Assembly (NCBI GenBank): GCA_043228905.1
Contig: JBHGNT010000006.1
Coordinates: forward strand, 17,050,001-17,114,000
Direction of reading: 5' to 3'
Length of the DNA: 64,000 bases
From: Azolla caroliniana
Lineage: Eukaryota; Plantae; Polypodiophyta
Shown: positions 34,421 through 45,969 of the stretch, piece after piece
Position numbering within the stretch: position 1 is the stretch's first letter
How the letters are laid out: every line of letters begins with the position of its first letter
Made by a program: the position numbers and the translations under genes
Notes under the pieces: generated by a model
Seen by the model: the letters and a program-made list of their open reading frames with translations, nothing else
The model's database searches: none
Told to the model about the DNA's origin: nothing

Positions 34421-37143
34421 ATGGGAGCTAATTCACCCTTTTCTGTTATGGAATATCAACTATCATCAGATTCCTCACCTTCTCTAGGGTTTTCGGTAGA
34501 AGAATAACATTGGTCTCAAGATTCTAATTTCTCCATTGAGGAGTATATAATCTCCGACAATCCAGTGAATACAACAAGATGCCTTGAATTCTCAATTGAA
34601 GAGTATGCCTTGAATGTAGGTGATTGTCAAAGTTCCGAAAGTATTTCTACCCAACAACAGAGAACAAATGTGCGCCAAGAGGAGGACACACCAATATCAG
34701 CTAAGGATGACAATAAGTCAGTGAGCCCCTTATTTTTCAAAAGGGTCTCAAGACGTATTAGTCGAGAATGATTTGCTTTAGTGACATCTGAGGCTCAACT
34801 TACCATAGATGTTAAAAAGACATGTTGCGCTCGTGGGTGTATGGCGATGATTGGAAAGCAAAACTTACGGTCTTTGAGACGTTACTATTTTTCACTCAAT
34901 GGTGATGAACAAGACACTTATCTTATGACACACTTACAGATGGTGTCAGACAAAGCCTCAGATATTTCGATCTCTTTCGAGTATTACCTTTTTACGGTAG
35001 GACAATGTTGTAGAGTGGCATTGAAGATCGCACTTTGTGTTAGCAACATGAGATTACATAGAGTGCAACAAAGAGTTTTAAACAACAACAATCCTATTGA
35101 AGATGATAATTTGCCAAGTATGAAGGCTGCATCATGTAGAAATGCGATCTGCTGGATGAAGACATACTTCAAGTTCAATTGTGAGATAATGCCAACTATT
35201 GGTAGGTTGCATCTCTCTAACAATTATACACGTCGAGAAATTTATGATTCCTATAGATCAGAAATGTCAACTTGTTGCGACAAGTATGTCACCTACAGTC
35301 AGTTCACAAGGTTCTGGACATTGCACTTTAGTAATGTTATTATAGCTCGTAAAGTACGTATGGGGTATTGTTCAGTATGTGCAAACCTAAAGAGCGTGTG
35401 TAAAGGGGCAAAGACAGCGACAGAGAAGGAGCTAATTAAGAAATTGTTACAAGATCACCGAGAAACCCAAGCATTAGAGAGAAAAAGAGCTATGTACCAT
35501 AGGGAAAAGTCGATAAACAATCTAGCTAAGTACATGTGTTTAATGATAGATGGAATGGACCAAAAGAAGACGTGTCTATCTCATCTTAAACGTCTTCCTA
35601 AAGATGTCAACGACGATTGTCTCGTGCAGATGCACTTGGTGGGTTGTTTAGCCTAAAATGGAAGTGTGAAGCCTCATGTCTTCGTCACCTACCCAAATGT
35701 CCACAATGACCCTAATTTAATAGTCACTGTGATTCAAAAAGTATTGATGTCTTGGGGGCAGTCTTTGCAGCCGGTTTTATATATTCAACTAGACAATACT
35801 GCTCGGGAAAACAAAAATTCTACGATGTTTGGTTATCTAAGTATGTTGGTGAACCAAGGAATTTTTAGGAAAGTGAAAGTTAACTTTCTATTGGTTGGTC
35901 ACACACATGACAATATCGATCAGATGTTCAGTAACTTCTTTAGGTAGTTATCACGATATGATGCTTTTACGTTATCTAAGTTGTTCAACATCATTCGTGA
36001 TGCATATACGCGATGCCCAATCGTGGAACACTTGAAGGAAATATATGATTTCAAGAGATACATATTAGATGGTGGTGAGCCAAATGCCGAAGTGCCATTA
36101 AATAATATAAGTTTCAACCATGTATTCTTAATAAATAAAAATAATCATAGTGGTTCTACATTATTATATGCAAGGCAATATTCATCTTCCCCCCAATGGG
36201 AGCCTGAAGGCGGGTGTCAGTTTCTACTTCATATGCCTTGAACTTTTGTTTATGGCGTAGGACAAATGCCGATTGAGACTAAGAAAGTTGTCACCAAGGT
36301 ACTAGCTGATAATCCAAAGGATGTTTGGATGCAAGCGCTGCAAGACAAACGCAAGCACATTGACAATGCGAAGAAGTATGTTGGGGAACAAGACACATCA
36401 TGGTGGGATGTGTTCTTTAAAGATCAAGAACAAATTGTTGACAATTGTGTCCTTGGTACTTGGACCGTGCAAATACGCTTCACCTCGAATATACAATAGT
36501 GTCGTAATTCTCAGACTTCTCCTCTTGCACCTAATGTGATTAATGATACCTTTCTCCATCCACCACAAAGGGACATATATGTTGGACCCACGCTGACAAA
36601 AACAGCGGAAGCAAGGTGGCAAGGGAACTTGCAAGAATTGAAGGTGGGTATGTTAATTGCTACACCTACTGATGATAATGAGCTGCGACATCAATTTTGG
36701 ATTGGTAAGGTTTTAGATGTGGTGATGCATGAGAACCAAAGCCAAATCCAATCTATAAAGGTGCATTGGTACAACACTAAAAGCAAAAATGCCTTTACCG
36801 GCAAGTATGCTTTAGAGATGATGGAATGTCCACAGTCAAGGGGGAATAGAAAGAGGAAAAGAAATATTCGTAGCACTTCATGCGTAGATATTATTGTTTA
36901 CGACTTCACACTAACAAAAGTTGGACGTCTCAAGAAGTCTACAATAGATATTATCAAGGAGAAATTACCTATTCTACAAGGGGTGTCATGTCGAAGGTAA
37001 ACAAGATCGTCTATACATAACATGGAATGTCAACATCTAGTTTTAGATGAAGACAATGCCTTAATAGGTACATCCGAAGATGACGAGGAACAATCTGCAT
37101 TGTATATTAGTTATAGTAGCGACTCTGGATCATGATACGAGTG
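34421..37143 (+). pseudogene. Sola-like DDD/E transposase, single frame with nonsense mutations
   Basis: ORF pieces 34565-37000 share one frame. Cys clusters CCARGC and CSVC; catalytic motifs MIDGMDQ, IQLDNTARENKN, FLLVGHTHDNIDQMFS. Confidence 0.82.
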
Positions 37144-37520
37144 ATTTTTGTAAATTTTACACTCAATGAAATTTTGGTATCTAATGTAAGAGAGTGTCGT
37201 TTGTAATACTCGAAAGATATAAAAATTATGTTTAGAAATATTATTGCTTTGTACAGACATTGTTTGTTACAAAATACATTACTTCTTGACTTCTTAGTGA
37301 TAGTGAACATTGTACCATTTTGATTATAGCATAATTTTAGCGTTTTTCCAAGTTTCGTAAATGATGATTTTTTGAGGTTTTCTAACAACATTTTGAGAAC
37401 ATCTGATACTGGTATCATTAAGTTTTGTGAATAGAGAGTATCTAAACCCCAAAATTTGAGGGAATATTCCTTATCCTTCCATTTTTGCACGATCCTTCCA
37501 CTTCTAAACGCGAACGTGTT

Positions 37521-39143
37521 GCTATCGATTGCAGCTGCAATGGAAGAAGTGTCGCTGGGGTAGTACGCGCCTCTGCTTCCTCGGGTATGTCATCTCCTCA
37601 GACGAAATACAAATGGACCCAGAGAAGACGAAAGCAGTCCAAAAATTCCCACGCCCCATCATAGTCAAGCAGCTTCAACGCTTCCTCGGCCTCCTCACGT
37701 TCTCTTTCCGCTTCATCCCACGGCTAGCCGACCTGTCATCCCCACTACGCGCGCTCCTACAAAAAGACACACCCTTCCTATGAACCAACGGCTGCGAATC
37801 CAGCTTCCTGCAGCTCAAGCGAACGCTCCAAGCCTCTGACCTATTGGCACACCCTGATTTCACGAAGCCTTTCCATTTGCAGACGGATACCTCCAACATC
37901 GGCCTTGGCGCGGTCCTCCTCCAACCCGACGACAACGACCAACTATGCCTGATTGTCTACATAAACCGGTCACATACCAAAGCCAAACAAAATTACTCAA
38001 CAACCGAAAAAGAGTTGCTCGCCATCTTCTGGGCATTTCATCGTTTCCACCCGTACCTACACGGATCAAACACATAAGTTGAAACCGACCATCAGCCATT
38101 GCTCTCCCTCATAAAGAAAGCTCACCCACCTGGTCGCTTACTTCGTTGGGCTTTGGCGCTGCAGGATTACACATTCACTCTACATTATCGCCACGATCCC
38201 CTGAACATCGTCGCCGATGGATTATCCCGCATATCCTTTCAGGCGAACTAAATTGTCTCCGGCACAATCAATTTCCCCATATCCTTGTCCCAAATGGCCA
38301 ACATGCAGCAACACGACAAAAAGATCCAAGACATCGACCACCGCCTACGAGTCGAGCCCACATCATCCCTCACCAAGAAATTCATGATCCTTGCTAATGT
38401 TCTGCTTTTTTGCCAAGTAGGCAAGGAACCCTGACCTGAGTCTACGTGCCTGAGCAACTATGCCTATCTTACCTTCGTTTCTTTCACGATCACCCGTTGT
38501 CCAACCACTTGGGTTTTCACAAGGTGCTAGACAAAATCCGTTGCAAATTCTATTGGTCGGGGCTACGCCACGAGGTCGCCTCCTACATCAAAGCATGCAA
38601 CTCATGTCAGGCAATCAAAACACCTCAAGTGGCTCAAGGTCTCTTACATCCGATACAGGTTCAAGCTCCATTTGAAATCGTAGGATGGGACATTCTGGGC
38701 CCCTTTCCCGAGTACAAGAAGGGAACAAATTCATCTTCTTCATAACTGAGTACTTGACGCATTGGGTTGAGACGAGCGCTATCCCAGATGCGAAGGTTAT
38801 GACCATCACCACCAAACTGTTGGAGAAAATCATCTTCACCCACAGTTTCCCACTCCAAATCTTGTCGGATCAGGGACCCCAATTCAACAACGAGCTCCTA
38901 CATCTCGTTTCTACACAATTAGGAATCCAAAATTATTCACGTCGCCCTACCATCCACAAACGAATGGATTGACGGACTGCCTCAACCGAACCTTAAAACA
39001 ACAAATCTCGGCCTAGATTGATCCACTGCACTCGACCTGGGACTGGATCTTGCCCTTTGTTACACACACCTACAACACAACTGTGCAAGCCTCCACCCGC
39101 ATTAGCCCCTTCCAAGCCCTTTATGGCAGGGACCCGCACTTAC
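37521..39143 (+). pseudogene. Element A RT C-part, RNase H and integrase
   Basis: LQTDTSNIGLG..EKELLAI, HDHPLSNHLG..CNSCQ, GWDILGP, SDQGPQF. Confidence 0.92.
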
Positions 39144-39420
39144 ACTTGACGGGAACTGAACGCTCCCTCTACGCAACGCTCGGCCACAACCGAGCTTAGG
39201 AGCATACACAGAAAACGGGAAATAAATGCACGACACAAAGGAGAGCAAAGGTAGACAGGATGTTTACGTGAAAAACCCAAACTAAGGGAAAAACTACGGC
39301 AGCCCACAGGCTGCAAACTATCACTATGTTGGAATGTACAAATAGTTAGTTCATGGAGGCAACGACCTCGTGCTCACGATCTTCGCCACAGGCGGCGGTT
39401 ACAACAGAGGCAGCGACCTC

Positions 39421-39458
<38 letters not shown>

Positions 39459-39607
39459 CACTGTTACGTGCTCTAATCTCGTGCAAAATAGAAATGACAA
39501 CAACAACCAACAGTTTGCCCTAAGTCATATTTATACTAATATGATTTTTCGGCTATTTACAAATATAACCTCGATGGACTCTCAGAAACATATTTACGAA
39601 TATGTCT

Positions 39608-39940
39608 CTTCATCCGGTTCATACGGGGTCTGCACCATCCGGCTCTCCGTAGCCGGGTACTCCTCATCCGGTTCATACCGGGTCTGCACCATCCGGCTCT
39701 CCGTAGCCGGGTACTGATCCGGTTCATACCGGGTCTGCACCATCCGGCTCTCCGTAGCCGGTTACTCCTCATCCGGTTCATACCGGGTCTGTATCATCCG
39801 GCTCTCTGTAGCCGGGTACTCCTCATCCGGTTCATACCGGGTCTGCACCATCCGGCTCTCCGTAGCCAGGTACTCCTCATCCGGTTCATACCGGGTCTAC
39901 ACCATCCGGCTCTCCGTAGCCGGGTACTCCTCATCCGGTT
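39608..39940. repeat. 54-bp minisatellite in the 3' LTR of D (~6 units)
   Basis: CCGGCTCTCCGTAGCCGGGTACTCCTCATCCGGTTCATACCGGGTCTGCACCAT repeated. Confidence 0.93.
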
Positions 39941-39989
39941 TCCCGTCCGGAGGGACTTGTCTCCCAACTGCCCCTTCTCTCCGGCATGG

Positions 39990-42900
39990 GGTGTCTTACC
40001 AGTCCGATTCTCTTCCGGCATGCATCCAGCTTGTCGGGTATCAGCACTTTGGTCAGCATATCTGACCCGTTCTCGGCCGTGTGGATCTTCATCAGCGCGA
40101 ACTCCTGGTCATCTACTCTTTCCCGGATCCAGTGATACCTCCGCTAGATATGCTTCATCCGGGAATGGTAGGCTGCATTCTTAGCAAGGTGGATGGCACT
40201 TTGATTGTCGCAATAGAGTCGGTATTCATCTTGACGGATACCGAGCTCTCCGATGAAGTCCTTCATCCATAATATTTCCTTGCCGGCTTCCACAACCGCC
40301 ATGTACTCCGCCTCTGTGGTTGACAATGCAACCGTCTTCTGCAACCTCGACTGCCACGAAACAACTCCCCCTGCATATGCCATTACATACCCGGATGTAG
40401 ACTGGCTGGTATCCACATCAGCCGACATGTCCGAGTCGGTGAAACCGTCAAGTTGAGGTCTTCCGGAGCCGAATCAGAGACACATATTTGAAGTGCCCTT
40501 CAAATACCGGAGTATCCATTTGACAACGTTCCAGTGCTCCTTGCCGAGATTGCTCATAAACCGGCTCACCACTCCGACTGCGTATCCTACATCCGGTCGG
40601 GTACACACCATTGCGTACATCAACCTCCCGACGGCAGAGGCATATGGAATCTTCATCATATCCGCCTTCTCTGCTTTCGTCTTCGGGCTTTGCTTACCGG
40701 ATAGCCTGCAGTTTGCCGGAAGTGTCGATCCGACCGGTTTCGCTTCTAACATGTTGAACTGGTGAAGCACCTTTGTCACGTACTTCTCCTGTGACAGCCA
40801 TAATTGCTTCTTTGACCGGTCCCGAATGATGTGCATCCCCAGCATCTGTCTTGCCGGACCCAAGTCTTTCATTGAGAAGGTCCGGTTGAGAGCCTTCCTC
40901 AACATCCGTATTTTGACTTGGTCACGTCCGATGATCAACATGTCATCCACGTACAGAAGGAGTATCAAGAAGTCGCCTCCTTCGAACTTCTTCACAAACA
41001 CGCAGTGATCGGCCTGCATCTTGTGGTACCCTTGATCGGTCATGAAGGAATCAAACTTCCGATACCATTGTCGGGGAGCCTGCTTTAGTCCGTACAGGCT
41101 CTTCTTCAGCCGGCATACTAGGTGCTCCTTCCCTTTCTCCACAAATCCTTCAGGTTGCTGCATGTAGATCTCCTCTTCGAGGTCACCGTGAAGGAATGTC
41201 GTCTTCACGTCCAGCTGCTCTACCTCAAGGTCCATGCTTGCCGCTATACTCAGCACCATCCAGATGGAGGTCATCTTTACAACCGGGGCAAATATCTCGT
41301 CGAAGTCCACGCCCTTCTTCTGCTGGAACCCCTTCACCACGATCCTGGCTTTGTATCTCGGGGGGTTGCTGGCATCTCCCGGTTTCAACTTGTACACCCA
41401 CTTGTTTCGGAGTGCCCGCTTTCCTTTCGGCAACTCCACCAATTCGTACGTATGGTTCTCATGCAGGGAATCCATCTCATCCTGCATGGCACTTAACCAT
41501 TTTCGGCTGTGGGTGTCATCCTTCGCTTCTTTGAAGCTTTCTGGCTCCCCCTCATCGGTCAGCAGAACATGCTCTGCATCCGGAAATCTCCGGGGGGCCT
41601 TCTTTCTCTGATAAGATATCTCCGTCTTCGGGCTTCGGTAACCGGCTCCTCCACTTACTCTTCATCCGAATCCGATTCGGGGTCTTGGCCGGTTCCGGTT
41701 TCAGCTTCCACTACTTCTTCTTCAGCCTGTTCGGTATCCTCACTGTAACCGGCTGGTCCCTCGACTGCTAACCGGTCTCTTGCCGGTTGGGTCTGCTCAT
41801 CGTAGAGTCGATCCTTACCAGTCGACTCGGAGTTCATTATCTTCTTCTCCGACTCCCAGTCGGCGAGCATCTTGTCCTCCATGAAGATAATATCTCGACT
41901 CCGGAATACCTTCTTGTCGACCGGGTTCCACACTCGGTAGCCTAACTCATCGTCACCGTAACCGAGGAATATGCATGGCCGGGTCTTTGGATCTAACTTT
42001 CCTCTCCGGTCCTTAGCTACTGCACATACGCGAGACACCCGAACACCTTCAGATGTCGGTAGGATACTTCCTTACCGGTCCACACTCTCTGTGGCGTGTC
42101 TCCGTCCAAGGGTACTGAGGGTGATCTATTTATCACATATGTCGCCGTCGACAGTGCCTCAGCCCAAAACTTCTTGGGTAGTTTTGCATGCACTAGCATA
42201 CTCCGGACCCTCTCCATTATGGTCCGGTTCATCCTCTCGGCCAGTCCGTTTAGTTCCGGTGTCTTCGGAATGGTAAATTCGAGCCGGATTCCCTTCGAGC
42301 GGCAGTACTCCTCGAACTACCCCCGGTATTCTCCTCCTTTATCTGCTCGAACCGCCTTCAGCTTCCGGCGGGTTTCTCTTTCCACTCTCGCGTGGAGCTC
42401 CTTGAAGATGGATAGCACCTGATCCTTCGTCTTCAGCGGTGTGGCCCACAGCTTCCGGCTGTGGTCATCTATGAACGTCACGAAGTACTGTGCTCCGGCA
42501 TGTGACTTCGTGTCTACTTGACACACATCCGTATGCACCAACTCCAGTGGTGCATTACGTCTCATCGGTGGCCTTGGTCGGAAGGAGGTCCGGTTCTGCT
42601 TACCGGCTAGACAATCAGTGCACTTCTCTAAGTGCACGTTCTTCACTGGAATGAGGTTGTCGTCTGCAAGCCTCTTCATCCCCTTCTCGCTCATATGACA
42701 CAACCTCTTGTGCCATAGCTCACCGGCAGTGTCGGATGCCACGTTCACTTCTTCCGAGCATAACCGGGCATTCATCAAGTACAGTGTGTTTATCTTCCGG
42801 GCCCGAGCCACAATCAGGCTCCCTTTGCTGAACTTCATGACACCCTTCCGGATGCTACCCGTGTAGCCCTCATCATTTAGCCGACCGGCTGATATCAAGT

Positions 42901-44020
42901 TCAGTCGAACCTCCGGAACGTGTCAGACATCCCTCAGCAGCAACTTGCATCCGGTTGGTGTTGACAGCCACACATCTCCTAAGCCGACAATTCGACATGT
43001 ACCTTCATTCCCCATCCGGACACAGCCGTGATCACCGGCTGAGTAGGATGAGAAGCATTTCCGATCCGGGTTAAGGTGGAACGACGCTCCGGAGTCTAGC
43101 ACCCAGGTCATCTCGTCGCCGGCAAGGTTTATCTCACTCTCCTCGGTGATGAGCATCAACTCTTCTTCACTTGCCGCGATTGCCGTCGTTCCCTTCCGGT
43201 CTGGCCCCCTCCGGTCTTTACCATTCCGGTCCGGGGTCCGCTTCGAATCGGTACCATCGGTCTCCTTATCTTTTTGGAAATGCCGACAGTTCTTTTGGAA
43301 GTGTCCCGGCTTGCCGCAATAGAAGCAAGTGGGCCTCCCCCTTGACTTTGACCGTGTCCCCGACTTCTCCCGGTTCTGGGGACTACGGTTTCTATGTCTT
43401 CCGCTTTCCGATTCGGTAAGGAGCGCTTTGGAGTCGGAGCTCGTATCTTTATCTTTCCGACGTGCCTCCTCATCTAGCAAGCTCGACTTTACTCTTGCTA
43501 GGGATAACCGTTTTCCTTCCGGCCCGGCGTTGCCCAAAGTGACAACCAATGTCTCCCAGCTATCCGGGAGGGAACCGAGCAGGAGTAGCGTTAGTACCTC
43601 ATCGGCGAGAGGTACTTCGAATGAAGTTTCTTGGTGGATCAGCCCCTGGAAGGCATTCATGTGCTCCGCCATGTTGGAGCCATCTTGGTACCGGAGTCTT
43701 ACTAGCTTCCGGAATACCGAAACCTGATTAATAGCATTTTTGTTTTGAAACATTATGCCGATCTTCTCCCAGAGCTCATGAGCCTTGCTCTCTTCATTGA
43801 AGTTGTTGTACAGGCTCATGTCGATGAAGCACCGTATGTACGCCGTTGTCTTCATGTGCATCACCTCCCATATCGCGGCGTCGATTTTGTCCGGTCTCTT
43901 GTCCCCGAACTGAACCGGCATCCAGAGGTCTTTAACCACGAGCATGTCCCTCATCTTCGACTTCCATACTGAATAGTTGGAGCCGGTGAGCTTGAACATG
44001 TCGCCAAACGATTCGTCCAT
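39990..44020 (-). pseudogene. Copia D gag-pol (Gag, CCHC, PR, IN, RT, RH)
   Basis: CFYCGKPGHFQKNC, WVLDSGAS, VHTDVC..RADKGGEY, QLDVKTTFL, LLYVDDML, YCDNQSAI. Confidence 0.96.
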
Positions 44021-44476
44021 TTTCTGTGTCGTTTCGCTCTGATACCACTTGACGAGAACTGAACGCTCCCTCTACGCAACGCTCGGCCACAACTGAGCTT
44101 AGGATCATACACAGAAAACGGGAAATAAATGCACGACACAAAGGAGAGAAAAGGTAGACAGGATGTTTACGTGGAAAATCCAAACTAAGGGAAAAACCAC
44201 GGCAACCCACAGGCTGCAAACTATCACTATGTTGGAATGTACAAACAGTGAGTTCATGGAGGCAACGACCTCGTGCTCACGATCTTCGCCACAGGCGGCG
44301 GTTACAACAGAGGCAGTGACCTCTTTCTCTCTCTCTCTCTCTCTGTACAATGTTACACAGAAATGACAACAACAACCAACAGTTTGCCCTAAGTCATATT
44401 TATACTAATATGATTTTTCGGCTATTTACAAATATAGCCTCGATGGACTCTCAGAAACATATTTACAAATATGTCT

Positions 44477-44865
44477 CTTCATCCGGTTCATACGAGGTCT
44501 GCACCATCCGGCTCTCCGTAGCCGGGTACTCCTCATCCGGTTCATACCGGGTCTGCACCATCCGGCTCTCCGTAGCCGGTTACTCCTCATCGGGTCTTCA
44601 CTGGGTCTGTATCATCCGGCTCTCCATAGCCGGGTACTCCTCATCCGGTTCATATCGGGCTTGCATCATCCGGCTCTCCGTAGCCGGGTACTCCTCATCC
44701 GGTTCATACCGGGGGTCTGCACCATCCGGCTCTCCGTAGCCGGGTACTCCTCATCCGGTCTTCACCGGGTCTGTATCATCCGGCTCTCTTTAGCCGGGTA
44801 CTCCTCATCCAGTTCATATCGGGTCTGCACCATCCGGCTCTCCATAGCCGGGTACTCCTTATTCG
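44477..44865. repeat. 54-bp minisatellite in the 5' LTR of D (~7 units)
   Basis: Same unit as 39608-39940; copy number differs between the two LTRs. Confidence 0.93.
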
Positions 44866-45427
44866 GTTTCGGCCTCGGCCAAGGTTGTTCATCGGCACTG
44901 TTCTTCTCCCTTCCCATTTGGAGGGACCTGTCTCCCAACACTTACCCCCAGAAGTGGTAGTCCCACAACCAACCACACCACTCCACTCTGACGCAGTGTC
45001 CTGGTGGTCCCAGCTGCAATAACTCCAGCCCCTCCTCCGCAAAGTGATCACGAGCAACTTGCACCAAGCACAGCTACGCCATAAATGCCAACACGACGCA
45101 GGTTGCGCCGACCATCAATACCATGCCGGCGACAAATTCCTCGTCTATTTCCCCACCCGTCGTCATGGCCTGAGCGAGTTGCTCATGCAGCGATGGATCG
45201 GTTCCTTCGAAGTTCAAAAGTAGATACGCAACACTACATACTTGCTCCGCCACGCCTGCAACAACTGCTCTACCTTCGCCCACCAATCCCGCATGAAGCC
45301 CTTCCATCAGCTACCACTGCCCATGCCCATGCCCACACCCACGCCCATGCCATCCCTCCGCCCAGAACCGCCGTCCACGCCCCGTCGCGCTCCAACCGCA
45401 CAATAACATTATTTTACAAGGGGGAAC

Positions 45428-45594
45428 TGTGGTATTACCAGGGACACATTGACCACACCCAAATTAGGCCCCTACCAAGCCCCCATAATTAGAAGAGCTA
45501 ATTGGAGCAAGAAAACACCCACCACGCTAAGAGTAGCCTATAAGATGTAACTTAGAACGTAATGGAAAGGGAGCTATTTTGAGAGCATTTCACA
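45428..45594 (+). repeat. 3' LTR of element A
   Basis: Follows PPT AAGGGGGAAC; termini TGTGGT...CATTTCACA are shared with the E LTRs. Confidence 0.75.
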
Positions 45595-45969
45595 ATATCT
45601 ACATATGATAATATATATTTGTATATATATTCATGTTTAGTCAATATGCATGTATAAATTGGTGTAATGTATGTATATACATATTTATTGATATAATGTT
45701 TAAATGTAGGTACATATATGCATATATGTCACTCCAAATTTGACTATTGTTTACACAATATATTCTTTATTATCTCATTGAAATACATAATATTTCATGG
45801 GCTTATGTAACTTTTTCTATAGCACAATTGATAATACCCTTATGTAAATATATTTTTTATGCATTTGTTAATACCCTTATATATATACATTCTGTATCTC
45901 AATGGTTAATTTAAACCCCTTTTGATGTACTCACGTGCTATCATACAAGTTTTCACAATGAAGCCCCCA

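Larger units (their letters stand above)
8860..37520 (+). mobile_element. Large TIR DNA transposon (Sola-like), ~9.4 kb of its own sequence plus 19.2 kb of nested LTR elements
   Basis: 31-bp TIRs AACACATTTGCGTTCAGAAGTCGAAGGATCG (8860-8890) versus the reverse complement of 37490-37520, 27/31 identical. 4-bp TSD GCAA/GCTA with one mismatch. Interrupts element A RT exactly; transposase inside. Confidence 0.85.
39144..44940 (-). mobile_element. Ty1/copia element D (Tnt1/Tork-like), full length with few stops
   Basis: LTRs ~39147-39968 and 44050-44940; PBS TGGTATCAGAGC (tRNA-iMet) at 44036-44047 on minus; PPT GAGAGAAGGGG near 39971-39981; TSD CTTAC (39139-39143, 44941-44945). Confidence 0.95.
1..45594 (+). 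mobile_element. Degenerate Ty3/gypsy LTR retrotransposon A (host of the nest). Pieces at 1-360, 7030-8859, 37521-39143 and 44941-45594; 5' LTR lies outside the window
   Basis: Reading frame rejoins across each insertion: gag WLDHFEMVASYH..|..RKAMEMKTLLENIA, RT EVLTCVQR|YRLQLQWKKC, integrase YGRDPHL|PPEV. All pieces are colinear with related element E (52077-56718). Confidence 0.9.

Noticed and set aside
8860-37520. CACTA/EnSpm classification
   Set aside because: Termini are AACAC..GTGTT with a best-fit 4-bp TSD, and the transposase motifs are not Tnp2-like.
44350-44960. Repetitive ORFs (SSSGSYRVCTIRLSVAGY)n
   Set aside because: By-product of the 54-bp LTR minisatellite, whose length is a multiple of three.
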